From the NCBI GenBank assembly GCA_000934665.2, contig KZ538884.1, positions 1 to 42,524 on the forward strand: a stretch of 42,524 nt of DNA, read 5' to 3'. A program made the translations under genes and the position numbers. This DNA is from Catajapyx aquilonaris. Lineage: Eukaryota. The notes under the pieces were generated by a model that was not told the DNA's origin, ran no database searches, and saw nothing but the letters and a program-made list of their open reading frames with translations. Below are positions 21,918-36,904 of the stretch, piece by piece. Position 1 is the stretch's first letter. Each line of letters begins with the position of its first letter.

Positions 21918-24900
21918 TAGCTTTCAAAGGTTAGGCCTGTAATAGATTTCGTAAGAGAGTGCCGTGTAATTCCCACGGTATTATGATGCACCTAGCTGTT
22001 ACAGGTCACGCATTTAGCGGCCTAACGCACTGTGACTCTGAGGTCAAGTCGTAGCAAAAATATCATTTTCCGCTTCCTTAGGTATAATTTGCAGGAAATA
22101 TGAGATGTACAGGAGTCTACCACGTAACTACAGCGCTGGGTGATATTTCAATACGTCACACAAGAGCCTTTTCATATCGCAGGACTGTACTTCAAAGATA
22201 GAAACCGATATACGCGTATGGCGCATTTCTGTTGCAAAATGCGATCAGAAATTTCTCATATCGATTTCAATATGTGATATTCGATTGCAATATGGATCTA
22301 TATGTGCGATTTCGGTTGCGATGTTTTTATTTTCGATTATTTGATATTTATGTCGCATTTATTTTCCAGAAGAAAATCTTGACATCTCACTTCCCTACAC
22401 GTACAATTGTAATATAACTCTCGAGGAGAGTTTCGAGTACATCATTTGGCCTGTACGTATTTTCCTAAACACCAAAGCAGGGAGCACGGTGGTGCAACTT
22501 TACGTTTTAACGTAGCTGGGTGGTAAATGCTGCCCCACTCGGCCTTGGCTGCCCCATGCCTGCCACTGGGCAGTAATAAAAATACTTCCTTTCCAATGAG
22601 TACAGTAGTAATTGTTTGTTCGAATTTTTGCAAAGACAGTATTATACCTGCTGAAGACCCGAGTCGGACACGCCCACTAACAAAAGTCGAAAGAGAAAAC
22701 AAAAAGAAACATAAAACATGAGACCAAAATTCCGGTTCGTAAAGGGGGATACGTGACATGTGATGGCATCCCGACGCCCCACCCTGCGAGATGACTAATC
22801 TTCACATCAGAATATTAATTTTGACTTCTTTAGATTTAGGATAATGGAATTACACAGGACCCAAAAAATCTTACGTGTTTCTTTACGCTTGCGGGTCATA
22901 AACATGAAATCATTTTTCCTGAGACCATGTCACAAGAATGGTACCAAATACATAAATAAGTGCGTCAATGTCACCTCCTTTGAAGTGTGTGAATATAGTG
23001 TCTCCATACACGCATATAAAATAATGCAGGTTTGGCAGTTTTTTTTATATGAAAGCCCGGTCACGTACCTCAGCAACCTCGCCACGACTTCTTTCAGCTC
23101 CCACGTCTATAATATAAATCTGTAGCGGACTGAAAGCCAATTCGGCTGCCCGAATTGAAACCGGATTACTCTGCAATCAAAAACGGATTATAGATTCCGC
23201 AACGTCGCAAGAATTTACGACTGTTTGACCCCCAGTGCCTTCCTATAAACAAAGACCGGAGCGGATGATCACAGTCACACGTTTGATTTCTCTCAAGGAG
23301 AATGGGGTAGGCTAGGACACGGGGCTAGGAGGAAGGTTTACGTAAGGCTGCGTTAGACACAACATGATTATTCCGCATTTTAAAAGTATAGTACATTATG
23401 TTTCTGTCACTCGAACAACCATATGTGTATTACACAATCATAAATCATTTGATTTGGGATTAATGTGAGCGTGAGTCAGACGACCTCCCTGAGGAGTCGA
23501 CTCCCCTACTGAGTCCGTTGACTCCCCAAGGGTCCGAAAGCTTTGAGAAAGAAGAGTCAAACTACTCGTGTACACTCAATAATTGACACCCTGATTAATA
23601 ATTCCAATGATATCAGCTTTTTTCTGTTTGCACGTGCTGATCTTATATCACGACCTTGCATCTAAGCGGGGAAACATATAGACTACAGCGCAGCTGCTGT
23701 TCGCCATAATTACAGTATAATATGGATCGGCCGAGAAAAAGTACGCACATGCTCTAGAGTCTAGACACGACACTGAGAAGTGTGATTACAATCAATCGTT
23801 GATCTGACTATTCAAGTATAACATTGTGAAGGGTAATAAGGGTCTATAAATGTCTCATATTTCAGATATACTACATAGGGCTTTTTAATTCTAGAATGCA
23901 TATCGGGGCGGTGAGTCATACCACGATTCTGTCAAAAATGTTCAAAAATCAATAGTGTAATTAATTACATTCTTTTATCATTTCTAAACCATAATAGTCA
24001 TAAACTGTCATTACAGATTTTGCGTAACTTGTGTACAATATTTGCAATTAATTATACCGAAATAAATTTTAAAGTCGTGGGGTTAGAAATCATTCCAGGT
24101 GAGCACTCATGAGTGTTTAAAAGGGGGTATGCATTCCACTTTAAACCGTTATTGATAAATACTGTACAGTATGTGTGCAAGCAGGTAACATTCCCGGGTT
24201 TAATTTCTGGGTTATATCAGCTTATGTTAACATTCTGATACTTGGATATCGTCCGTCTTAATCATACTTCTTGTTTATATTTCTTTTTCTCCGATACTGT
24301 CCATGAAATTCGTGAAATTTTTACGACATTCATGCCCACATTTATAGCAAGAGTAATACAAGTGAGTTCCGACATTAGAAAGAAAAGGAGATTCATTGAG
24401 GCCCACGAGGTACAGTACGGGTACAATGCACACCCGAAACGCTCCTGGAAGGTCACATAGGAGTCGTCAAAGCTCAGAATAGTGCATAATTATACAACCT
24501 TTGAGAACGTGTTGCTCGTCCTCAACTCGTATCATGGTATAGTGGCCAGTACGTTGTAATTATTTTATGGCGACATAGTTTCTGATACTGGGAAGGATGG
24601 AAATACTTTTATCCTTCACTGCTAAACTTTTGTTCTTTTCCTTTCTACATTTTTTGATATTTTTTTCTAAAATTCAGATAATGTGTGTTACTTGTAACTT
24701 AATTTTTTGATTCCCTTTTCTCTCACTGTCAAATAACAATGAATGGGAGTTGCTTCTAGAAACTACCATATTCAAAACGTAGGTTAATTCCGAGTAAAAG
24801 CAATATATCTCTATTTTTTCATCCCTATAGAGCAATACAATTTTCCAAACCCGAAGTTTAACAGCTAATTATTCTTTATTCCAAAGTCAAGTTACACATT

Positions 24901-27001
24901 CCGTGCCTAAAGCCAATTTGTATTGAGCGTCACACGATCCATAGTGTATAAGCTTTAGAGAGATGGATTCATATGTGCACTCTCTGCATAATGACGACGC
25001 TACGAAAACTTTTCACAGCAACTTTTCAAAGAAATTGAAATGGGCAATGCGTATGACATTATGCTACGCACGATTAAGGTGCAAGTCTAATGGCGGGAAT
25101 AAGCGGTCACGTCAAGAAAAGGCAGGCTTATAATGTGGAGGGAGGGGAGACGGTGGGAACTAGAAGAGAGGAGAGAGGAGAATGTCCGGGAGAATCCCTA
25201 TAGAAACGTGGTAGTGTGGCACAATCTCTCCTCTTTTTTCTGCTGGGCTCCTCCTCGGCTTCATCCTCCACTAAGGCTTCATTTGAGGTCCACTGGAGAA
25301 TCTTCTCGCGACCCTCGAAGATTCATCAAAATGGATCGGTTCTCTCGACCCACCTACACTCGAGTAGCCTTCGTCGCCTTCCCCGCACGTCTCTGATATT
25401 ACCATGTTCCATGCCCACACAAACCTTTCTTCTGACAACCAACCAGGATGGCTTTAGACTTTCAGTCGCGCTCATATAGCCTTCTGAATCTTAGGCTTCT
25501 CTCCCTTCCCCAATCGCATACGGATGATTTAATCGAGAATGATGAGTATTAAAGCACTTCTTCAGAAAAGGAGCTGGATAATACATTTATTGAAAATCAT
25601 AATGTAACAGTGTGTTGTCTGATTGGTGTGTCAGAAGTGTTAGCATTAAGCTACATAAATATAGCTTATTTGATGAGATTCTAGACAAATTAACTAATAT
25701 GAATATGAATAGAAAGTACGAGTATATTATGTATGTTAAAGGCGGAATGACATATCTACGGACTAGTGTAGTTCCCCGAAGGCAGATGTCTTTGGCGGCG
25801 TTCGCTGCCCGAGTGGCTCCGTTATGCCTTCACTTATCAGACTTTGTGCCAGTACCGGCACACCCTGCCATCTCACAGTCAGAGACTACACAACGCCAAG
25901 GGGCAAGGACTGGAAAGATGCGAGAGAAACTAGAGGCTATGTGTATAGACAGCCTAAAGAAGAAAGTTAAGTATACCAGAGACCACGCTGCAGTGTCGCT
26001 GCGGTTGTGATCTGCTGGCTCCATTCAGACAAGTTGCTTTTGTCAGTAATGATAATGATACCATTACAGAAAATTCGGCGAACAAATGACTCCTGGACAT
26101 AAAGCAATTGACATTAAGTAAACCTCTGTAGCTCCGGAATGCCACCATAGCTATACAGTTTTTTCCGCATATTATTACTTACACCATGTATAATTATCTG
26201 CCTCTTTCAAACCACTTAGCAAGGATTCGCAACGAACTGGTCTCTTGAGGCAGAAGCATTAGGCATAGTTTTAAAATGTATTTTTCTGAATCAGAGCCAA
26301 TTTTCGGGCAAGCTGAAATTTCCGAAATTTTTGTAACAATAGGTGTCTAGACCTTTTCTTTTCATGGCACTTGAAGGTTGAATGCATTTTTGGACCGAAT
26401 TACTCGCGAATCCAGGAAGAGTGAGCTGACTTTTTTTGTTACGGGAAGGACGAGGACGTACGAAAAATTTCAAATTGTTTACTTTTCTCTCAAAACCATG
26501 ATATAGGTACATAATTATATTTTTTAGTTATAGGAATAGTGTGCATCTCTTAAAACTATTCATCGACCTATAACTCACCTTCCCATGTTATAATTAATTC
26601 ATATGCTATCATTTTCCATCAAATTACTTTCTTTCCTCTAATATATTATGGTATGTTGCCCATGAGAGATATCATTTTTTGACTTCATTTTTGAGACTAA
26701 CTGAAATAAAACTGCCGCTCTTATTTTTAAATAAGTATCGGTATACCGTAAAGTAAAGCAATATTTAAGGGAAACATGAAGTATATCAGACTACTGCTTC
26801 TAACAACTTGACGATAAAGTGATTACTTATGCGAAGTGCATTCCAATTGAAGTGCCCATTTTATTTGGCAGACTAACATTTCTCACAGGGCCGTTTCTCA
26901 TTAAGCAGTTACTTTGGAACAGCTACATTTAGAAGTTGTAAATTGCCCAAATTGTTAGTGCTGATATTTGGCTGAATGTCAGCTCATTTTACTAATGCAG
27001 A

Positions 27002-27408
27002 GGGCCTACTATCGGATTTTTAAATACTGGCCCCTGTGTTTGACACACACTCCCAGGATAATGGTCCAAATAATAACGTTATACATCGTTAGAAAGCTTA
27101 TTGTTTAAATCTACGTAACATATATGCGAGTTGTTTACCTATCTTCATTGTGTAATTTTATATCGAAAGAATAACGCAGAAAGGTGTCATTTTTGACTAG
27201 CTGCCGACGTTACACCGCAAAATAAATTTTTTAATGACACTTCTCGGACGCCAAAAAATTCCCCATGTGATCCGTGGATAGTGAAAATTTTTATCTAATG
27301 ATACATTGGAAACTTAGAAATCGCCATTTGTGTAATCATAATTAAGTTAATTGCACACCTCAGTTATCTCGGCCGTTTATAATCCGAATTACTTCGCGAA
27401 TGTATCGA
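27002..27408 (+). repeat. Interspersed repeat, copy 2 (more complete than 7772-8171; may extend to ~27587)
   Basis: Aligns by eye with copy 1 and has ~105 bp that copy 1 lacks. Confidence 0.85.
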
Positions 27409-27587
27409 CGGCAAGCCAGAAATGTGCATGATAAAATTACACCGTGCTCTATTACGCTAAAAAATTTAAACGCATTTAAAAGTATCACCTTCTAACACAA
27501 AATACACAAAATATTTCTTATGGTTGGCTTTGTTACACAAGATCATGAAAAGTCAAAATAAAATCAGTTTATGAATTTAAATCCAGG

Positions 27588-27932
27588 GGGAGGTGTAGAT
27601 GGCCGAGATGGTAACGTCTCGGCTTGCTGAGTGAAAGGCCCCAGGTTCGATCCCCGCCTGGGGAACTTTCCTTTCACCTGCGTCAGGAGGGTCTCTGACC
27701 TGCACCAAGGAGGTGTCTGGCAACCTAACCTCCTGGGGAACAGCACATGACCCATTTACCGACATTGCACTTGCACCACATGTTCCTTCCCCAAAAGTCT
27801 CTATCCCTACCCTACATCCTGACTCCTTGCACCGGTGAATGAAGTTAATATATGAAAATGGAGTGAAATGGTGGTATTCCACCCCCCCCCCCTAAAAAGG
27901 CTCAGTCTTATCACGGGGTAACGTTAAAAAAA
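27588..27932 (+). mobile_element. Full-length tRNA-derived SINE with TSD
   Basis: Box A TGGCCGAGATGG (27600-27611), box B GGTTCGATCCC (27644-27654), 3' ATCACGGGGTAACGTT plus A tail, and 11-bp TSD TTAAATCCAGG (27577-27587, 27933-27943). Confidence 0.9.
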
Positions 27933-29654
27933 TTAAATCCAGGCTACTTTTTTTTCTTTTTGAGGCACATTTCTCATTGTGACTTACCCCTTTCCCATGT
28001 CAACGCTTCAATTATTTGCTGCATTATCTCGTTACGGAAATAATAAAATGACTGAATGCTTCAGTTGTAAGTCTCTGGAGATAATTTTGCGGTTGGTTGA
28101 TTTTTAAATATCACATTAATTATTGGAACTTGGGTAATGACGTCACTATCTCATGTCTATGTTATTGTCATTACTATTTAGCCGAGAATAATTTCTGGAA
28201 TTGTGACGTCACCAACAAGAGATTGGCTGGTAGAATCGGGAATTGGACTTTCAAAGGTCAAATTGTGCTGACATCTTGACCGCAGTGACATATTTTACTT
28301 TCTTTTTCCCATTTGATTACGTCATTAGTAGCCTACAACTCTGAAATCATATCCGTATAATCTTGCACCATACTAATCATTATTATGCTCCGGACAGCTG
28401 TAGTTATTCCCTAGTGGAATATGAAGCTACGGAAAGACCTGTTATTATTTTTCCGAAGTACTGTACATTGGTTTGAGTACTTGGCAGAAATAGAAGCATA
28501 TCGAATTCTCTCCTAATGCATCAGCCGTTTACCCTATTCCCCTGCAGACAGCATATCCGTGAAACTCATATCCTGTACTTTATACGACTACACTGCTGGA
28601 CGGAACTGCAGTAGTCTAAGAGCATAGACTGCATGCAAATTCTCCTTTCCATTTTGCATGAAAGGCACTCGGGACGCGTAAGAGATCTACAAGGCTAAGT
28701 CATGACTGCATATATATAGAGTATGAGAGTGTACCTCTGAACTATAGTTAGAAACTTCCTTATGTAGTGGTCAAGGCCTCAATTAGCCTACAGTCTAGTT
28801 TAATGCGGAGAAAGGCGTCCGCTGCAGAGCACCCTTTTCACCACCCATGCTTCTGTTGTGCTGCAAAATGGAACAGCCTTCCTATTCCGTGAGGAGAACT
28901 AAGGGGACAGATTACCGATACCACCCTTCACCATTCCATCACCACACCCGCAGGTAGAAGCTTCCGGAACGTCTTTTGTCGATACAGTATAGGTAAGAAA
29001 TCTCACCAATGTGACTTGGCTACATACAGAACAGAAGTAGACACTTTTTCTTGTAGTCATGGAACTGAGCACAAGGGTGTTTTTTAAAAACAATTCTATG
29101 ATTAAAATTCTGTTTATATTTTTACAATTTGTAGATCTGTCTCGCCTCTTCTGTGTTATCATAACAAACCCCTAGATCCTGCTTTCATGATACTCTCTGT
29201 CAGCGACACAGGAAAGATCGCAAAGTTTGGAGTCGGCTCTTATCCCATATTACGAATAATCTGTGGGGTGTGTGTATTCATGTTTCCGACACATTCACAC
29301 TATAAAAATGAGTTAAGAAAGATATCAATATTTGAGTTCTTTTAAAATCACTCCAAATGATTGATAAATGATTAAATTTGATAATCCACAAAGGGTATTT
29401 CCTAAGAACTCAAGATTTGAATATTGTATCTCTCTTTTTTGTCCACTTGAAGTTTGAAGAGATGTCCCGCCCTTTACCCCAGAACGTCAGAGCCACCTTC
29501 CCCCAACCAATATTCATTTGAGCCTAGGAGCAACTAGGAGAGGAAAGAACGTCAGTTTTAAAAAATACGCGAACCTGAAGAGGTCAGTTAGTTGGGTGCT
29601 GAACCGGACCAGTGAGGTTCTGTAAACTGAGAGTGATTGGAACATTCCTTTAAA

Positions 29655-29908
29655 TTGGTTGGTTGGTTGTGGAAGCCAAAGCATCTAGTAAGGCTATTGA
29701 GCGTAGGGGAAGGAGAGAAGGGAAGATAGATTTTTCGATTGTGGAAGGAAACAGTAGAATCCCGAGAAAACCTCACGCACACACGGAGAAAACTGAACAG
29801 AGTGGAAGGAGCCTCGAGGCTCCTTCCACTCTGTTCAACCCAGAGGTTGAACGCCGGAATTCAGGTATGGAAGGCTGTGACGTTAATCATTACACCACCG
29901 AGCCACCT
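29655..29908 (-). mobile_element. tRNA-derived SINE with V-domain-like core and (AACC)n tail
   Basis: On the minus strand: box A TGGTGTAATG, degenerate box B GTTCAACC, core CCGTGTGTGCGTGAGGTTTTCTCGGGATTCTACTGTTTCCTTCCACAATC, tail CAACCAACCAACC. Confidence 0.8.
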
Positions 29909-32900
29909 TAGTTCATCGTTTTGTGAAGTTGCATTGTCATTATATTGCGTCTTTGTTTTATGGTTGACAAGTGTTCTTTTGTGGCTTTATTTCGTGCTGT
30001 TAATTATAAAGATTATGTGGTGTGAATTTGTTACTATGAATATTTTTCTCTCTTTCTCTCGACTGCATTTCTGATATTTAAATTTTGTTTATGGATGTAG
30101 TAGAGAAAATCACTGCTTCTGTCAGATCCGTTGTCTTTACAAAGTTGCGTTCACAACTGGACACGTTCCGGACGCCACTTTACTACAGTGACGGACCTAA
30201 ATTTGAATCGGCCAATCACCAGCGCCCTCCGTTCCTATCCCTTTCATGGTCTCAAACACGAAGGCAGCCAATATATTATTTACGGAGTCGAGTACGGAGC
30301 TGCAGACATACCATCAATGGGAAGGAAGCAGAGATGGCGCATCTTCTCGCGGTGAAGGTGATTGGGGCCAAGATTGGAGGCCAGGAGCTACTGCTCCTTC
30401 CGCCAAATTCCGTTTGAGGCGTGGAGGTCGTGCCATTGCATCGTGCGGATACACGTAGTCATCCTTGGCGAACAGGACCGGCGTTACATATCCGGAATGT
30501 ATTCAATGTGAAAGAAACTTATTGCGTCAACTCCCGACGCACTGAATTTGAAAGGATAATAAGCCGAATTATTTCCAAATCCATTTTGAACCGCTGCGCT
30601 GGGGTCTTCTCACCTCACAGGTAGTAAGATTTGAATGCGTTTGTTCTCTGCTATGAGTTTGATTTGAAGACAGCTGGAACTCATTCCATCCTTCCCTCCT
30701 TTTCTTTCCACTTTGAGGCCGCCCCCACCCCTCACACCGTCGCTTCTTCGTAATTGAAATGAAACCTATTTGTCGAGTTGGCGGCCCAAATACTGCAACT
30801 TGGGAGCTCTTACTCTCCACCCTCTGATACCTAATTTCCTTCCCTTCAGGAGCGCCGATTTATCAGCCCCCTTCCTTCCGACCCCCTTCCCAACTATTCC
30901 TCCACTTCACTCCCACATGCACCCTAATCTGCTTAGGATGCAATTTAACCTCGTTCCGTGGCAAGTTAGGCGCGACCGGCAGAGTGCTGTGGTCAAATGC
31001 TGTCGAGCGAGGTGGTGAGAAAATAGGACCACAACCATGGGTTCGTAAATTAAATGTCTAAGACTGCTTGTTACATATCTTATATGCACGTCAGGTAGTT
31101 CATAACATAAGTTGCCTACCGGCAGTTTTATGCTGCATTCTACTGTACAACTCCGCCCGTCATGGTTTCAGCCTCATACTCGAATGGGATTTGTTCACCC
31201 ACCTCTCTCACTTGCTCCAAATACCGAGCGGAGATATATCACAATATAAGATAATGTAGAGTGATGTAGAGTGACATGAACCGAGTCCAAAGGGAGGGAG
31301 TGTTGTTCTAATCCTTGTCAGTTAACATGTGCAGTAGACGTGTAGGCAGAGTTCTTACATGCACCGGCGTCGCCAGCAAAAGGATGGCATATGACACTGT
31401 TGGCAGCATTTCTAGCGCAAAAGTCTATCTAGCTTGACACATGGCCACTGATTCTTAGAAAAGACTCATTCCTAAATTTTGCCTCTGTCACATGTGATGT
31501 GACCTGATAACTCGGTACATGCACGACAACCACACGATCCTTCACCGCGTGTTCAAACAATGACCAATGAGAACGAAAACTTCTGAATAATGATGTCTGC
31601 AGGGCAAATGGCACTCATGGTATACTACTATGCATGAAAAGCCCTTACAATTTATTATCTAACAAACTAACCACTACACTGTCTCTTCTCACGATCTGCA
31701 GACAAATACGCGTGTGGACTGGTCCGTATATAATGCTTCTAACTCAGCACAACATGTAGCACTTAAACATTGCGCAGGCGACATTTTAATAACTTCACTG
31801 GAATTGGAAATATTATTAGCTTCCTTGACATCTAACCACTAAAATAAGAATATATGGTAAAGCCTACTGTAGTAGCCAACATTGACTGCGGGAAGCTATA
31901 TCGGAACATTTACTACAAAGAAATTGTATTAAGGCTATTTGAAAACCCATGAAGCACAATAAAGACAAAATCTTCTCAGCATCAGTATTCCTTTCTCAAG
32001 TGGCACATTATTTTTTAAACAAGATATTCAACAGATCCTATTTTTCCCTAGGACAATTCAGATTTTCTTTCCAGGAATAGAACGTTCCGGGGGAATGAAC
32101 AGTATCATGTTTATACCCGGTCGCTTAGATCAATAGCTTTTTGTAGAGGCTTTCGGAGACAGCTAAGAATACAAAAACTGCCAACAACAGAGACTGTTTG
32201 TTCCTTTTCCGCCTGATGGGAAGTAGCCCATGCCATAAGGGCCAAGAAATATTGAGACGTCGGGAACTGAGAGATTAAGAGCTCTTCGGACAAGACTGAC
32301 TTAAAACAACAATGAAGTGATCACGACAAAGTTACATAATGATCCAGGGGAATATTAAAAGTAGCGAGAGAATTGACTGTGGTGGGTGATTTGAAGTGGA
32401 AAGAGGGAACAGAAAGGTCTAGCAGTATGGTAGTTGGTCCTAGGTCCAGTAATAACTAGAGAGTAATATCGGGGGGTGCGGTTCTTGGTAGAAACGCCTC
32501 CTCCCATGAAGGAAGCAGCTAGCCGTCTCATTTGCATCGGTTTGAAAAGGACATCTGAAGTTAGAACAAAGGATGTAGGTGGAAAACTAGCTGCATGCCA
32601 GTGGGTGGTAGGAGCAGCGCTAGCACAGAAACCCAGGCTGGACAAAAGGTGGACTAGGGAGGGAGAGGACATAATATCTGCCAAGGACCAACTCATTTTA
32701 TCTTCCCGAAGTGGAGGTGGGGGTGGGCCTACTAATTATAAATGTGCCAGCCATGTTCCCATTATCATTCCCAGCGGTACCGTGTCTTCATTAACTTGTC
32801 TGCAGTACGCAATCCAAGAGGATACCTTGTCCGGCGATTCTTTCATTCAGATAGCAACTCCTTATTACCCTTTTGCCTCTCTCCCGACAAATTAATGCGG

Positions 32901-33526
32901 CAGGTAATTTAATTTAGGCTTCTCTCCTACAATACATGGTCGGCTAATGAAAATTTTCTGATGTGGGAAAACCTTGGCGACATCACCGGGCGTTGTTGCT
33001 CCGCTAATTGACATCGCCTGGGTACGATAATCCACATTGATGAATTGAAATTTTGCAACCTTTACAGGGGAATCGCGGCCAGGAAATAAGCCCCATTCTC
33101 CTGGCATGTTGTATTTATGCTGGATACACAAGGATCCCGAGGGATTATTTTTTGCTTGTTTTGTTTTCAAACCCGAGCTTTAGTAAGTAGGGATATTAAA
33201 ACCGCGCTGGGCCTAGCATGACGTCGATATGGGTAGGGGAAAGGGAGGAGAGCTGTGGGGAGCGGGGGAGCTTACGCGCTGATGTGCAACCAGAGAAACG
33301 CTAGTCGCTCAATACTTAGGCTATACCAGGCTTCTGACACGTTCGCATTTGTTTGCATCACTTTTCTCCCTGCCATGGTAAATTGCCATTGGAGAATACC
33401 TACATGTTTTAGATTCAGGATTTATGTCCTTTCTCTTCCAAGCGGAGAAGTGCAGCAGTTTAGCAACTTTCATTCCTAATCTGATACAAAGGCTTCACAA
33501 ATATGGAGTTTTACCGGAACCTTCCA

Positions 33527-33528
<2 letters not shown>

Positions 33529-33564
<36 letters not shown>

Positions 33565-33572
33565 TCTCTCTC
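33529..33572. repeat. (CT)n microsatellite
   Basis: Visible dinucleotide run. Confidence 0.95.
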
Positions 33573-36484
33573 CCAATCCAAGTGGAGAATATGTTTCTTT
33601 CGCTTTGTCCCCACGGGCAGTAAACACTGCAGCAAAAGCACAGCGCGTGGTGGAAAGAAGAAAACTTGGAACTGGAGAAACCCCTGTGTACACCCAAGCA
33701 ACTTTGGTAATGACAATATTTACTTTCTTTCCTGCTTCCACGCCCCTGCAATCCTCCCAGGAAATCCCCTCTTTCTCTTGGCCCAAAATGAGCTTCGCAA
33801 GAAAGCAGCTAATTAGGAAAGAGCGCCTCCTTTCCCCTCTCTCTTCGCCCCCCTCCAAAACACCGCAAGCCCCCAACTCCAGCCTCCCCTCGGCTCCTTG
33901 CTTTGCACCTTCCACCAACTAGGTAGCCGGATATCTGAATGCAATCCGACCTAGTCGGATATTGCACTATTGACTGCTGGACATCCTCTTGGTTCTCCAG
34001 GCAATCACTAGATTCCAACAGGTAGATCTCATTTCCTCATTTGAAAGAAGTGGTATTTCCTTGTCATACCCTAAAGGGATAACAAATTAGGATTATTAAA
34101 ATCAAAGGAATCCTACACTTTTTAAGGTAGCTACCAATTATGAAATATTTGCCAAATAGATGTAGACAGTACCGGTATATTAGTTAGAGTTGATAATTAT
34201 CGTGTCCGGTTGTGGAAGCAACAATTTGGATATTCAAACTCAGCGGGATAGACTAGCGTTTCACGTGGTTATCCTGAGCCGCCACATTGCGTCACGGTAG
34301 GATCATTAGTCATTTGAATCATTTAACAATATTTTAGCAGTTAAAACACAACTCCATCCATATAAGACATAATTATTATGTAGTCATGGTTTATTGAGTT
34401 AAGATGGGGCGAGAGCGCACTCATCATTTTAATATAAAAAGGTAAAAACGGAAGCCCTGAAATTCAGAATAATCGCTTTTGACTGCTTTTGAGGTATAAA
34501 TTAAACGTTGGTAAGGGTAGTAGTTTGAAGAATGCACGATTCCTTTTCAATAGATCTCTAGTGGGCTGTAATATATTTCTCAATTAGAAATATAACTCGA
34601 CTATCAGAAAGTATACCCTTCGAACATTGAACAAAGCCCCAATTTGGACCAGAAAATGGCATGATTGTTCGACATTTCAGGTTTTCACTTGCGAAAGAGA
34701 TACTTGATATGTTTGAAAGTATTTGACAAGAAATATGGGCCCCAGGTCTCATGTCTGTAAAGGACAAAAAGTACGTTTGTTTGAACGGAAAATCAGAGGT
34801 AATTACTGTACTTCCTTCCTCGCAGATATTCTCTTCCCATCTTCTCAGTTCAGTACCCACGGTATAAAGTAATGAATAAGTATGTTTAAAAGTCACATCA
34901 CATGCACTGTGCATGTTCGTTGCTTTACAAAATCACAAATGATACCGTTGGGCATAGTTCACAAATAAGTTGGGAAAATCAGTGATTCCGAGTTGTATAA
35001 AGGTTTATTCGATTTAAGAAGGTTTGGAACTTTTCCAAGCCACGAAGAATTAATCTAGTAAAGGATGTAAAATATTCAAGCCCGGGGAATTCTTATTAAC
35101 ATAAATAGATGCAAAGGAATGCTAATTCATGCGATGAGCCAAGGAAGAAAATTAATGCAAAGGGTTTGACTGTTACGATTTCTCACAGCGTAGAGCACGC
35201 TTGTGTTATTGGTACACTTTCACCGCTTGCACTTGACATGAGTTAATATGAAAATCTATAGAGATGTACAACAGAGCCCTCCAGCAAAGGCGACTGTTTG
35301 ATGAGACATACCAGGTGAGGTGATTACCCCTAATTATGTAAGGTAGAAGGCATTTCATGCCGGTCAGTGCCGGGAAATGTATGCAAGTTACACCCGAGTC
35401 AGCTTATATGTAATATGATCCCGAAGGGCTGCACCTGGTTGCACAACCGGCTACGCATTTTGTTTTCCAGAGGGAAAGGTATAGAGGCGGCACCAAAGAA
35501 GCAAGCTTGTAGTTTTTGTCGCATAACTATTATTCTTTGCCATTTTTCAGGCTTCCCACTAATGCTTAAATGACCAAGTTTTGGTTTTATTATGAAAGCC
35601 CTACTTGGCCTTACCCTACATAGTTCGGGGGCTCAGAGTAATACCCTCGACCATTAGAGCTAGTAAACCGCTCTTGGTGAAAATATAAAGGGAAAGTTTT
35701 GCAAAGAGAGGCATCTGCCTAACATACTGTACATGCTTTTCTCCCAGGTGTAATAAAAGCACCATATACATTGATCCTGAATATACCGTTTTATATTCTT
35801 TGGAGCAGGGGAGTTACTTTGCATTTGGAGTCACGGCAAACTGGGAACGACTGATAACCATAAGAGTCAATTTGTTTCGCCATAAAAAAAAGAGAGAGGG
35901 GGGGGGGGAGGGAGAGAGAGAAAGAGAGAAGGGCTGGCATCAGGAATGGAAATCACGTCCCATACATAAAACCGGATTCGAACACGTACATGATTTGGCT
36001 TTATGACAACACTAGATAGAGGGGTGAGAGGGGTATTGAAAAGGAGTTATCACTTCCACCACCCAGGAGCAAAGTCGACCTCCCGGGTAGCAGGTTCAAC
36101 TTGGTAATGCAAGGTTCTGCTTGTGCAGGCAGCCAGCTAGCTGGGGGACTCCAAAAAGTCGTCATGAGCTGAAGTCGTCACTCTCTGGACATGTGAACAA
36201 GCACGCCACTTGCTCTCAGTATCTCTTATTCTCGGGCAAAAGGGAACTTGTTTCTCCCTGAAACCGTCCGGGGAAAGGTGCTTGGCTCCAGCTGCTTCCC
36301 AAATCTCCGATTGCCTTGAACCGTACTGCGTGCTGGCACCAGCTGCGATGCGACGACCCAAGGTAAAGTCCCCTTCGCCGGAATCGCTTCAATCACGGAT
36401 TTCCAAGCCTCTCCACCACCCTCCCTTCTCTCGCCTTCCATTCCTCTCCTGCCCTCTCTTCCTCTCTCCTCCTCTCTGCCAACA

Positions 36485-36488
<4 letters not shown>

Positions 36489-36539
<51 letters not shown>
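36489..36539. repeat. (CT)n microsatellite
   Basis: Visible dinucleotide run. Confidence 0.95.
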
Positions 36540-36542
<3 letters not shown>

Positions 36543-36904
36543 TTTTTGGTTGCACACCCAGATATCGTGCTTCATATAGGTGGCTTCTGCACACGTCCTT
36601 ATTCGCTAAAAACTGAGGATTGAAACATAATTATTGCAGTGGCTCGCAACATTAAGAATGTCATTTTAGTGTGAGTTGCATCCTAATTAGTAAATTATAT
36701 TTGTTCGAATCCACCGATTCCCAATAAAACATTTGCAATTTGATTTCTCAGGGTGGTACTTATGTTCCAGATATTAAAACAACAATGACTTTCATTGCCT
36801 AATGATGCGGTAAGCTGCACAAAAATAGCAACTTTACAAAGGCAAACAACGTGTTCATTGACAAAATAATTATCACAAAAGTAGACCTAATATTTCTCCA
36901 TTCA

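Noticed and set aside
25200..25330. Minus-strand acidic/NLS-like peptide (EDEAEEEPSRKKRR)
   Set aside because: The frame is closed by stops just upstream, has no splice support, and purine-rich composition can explain it.
28899..29162. RKSVYFCSVC as a piggyBac Cys-rich domain
   Set aside because: The other Cys/His ligands are absent and there are no piggyBac ends nearby.
33424..36623. Long ORFs with poly-RE / poly-SL
   Set aside because: Translations of (CT)n/(GA)n microsatellites.
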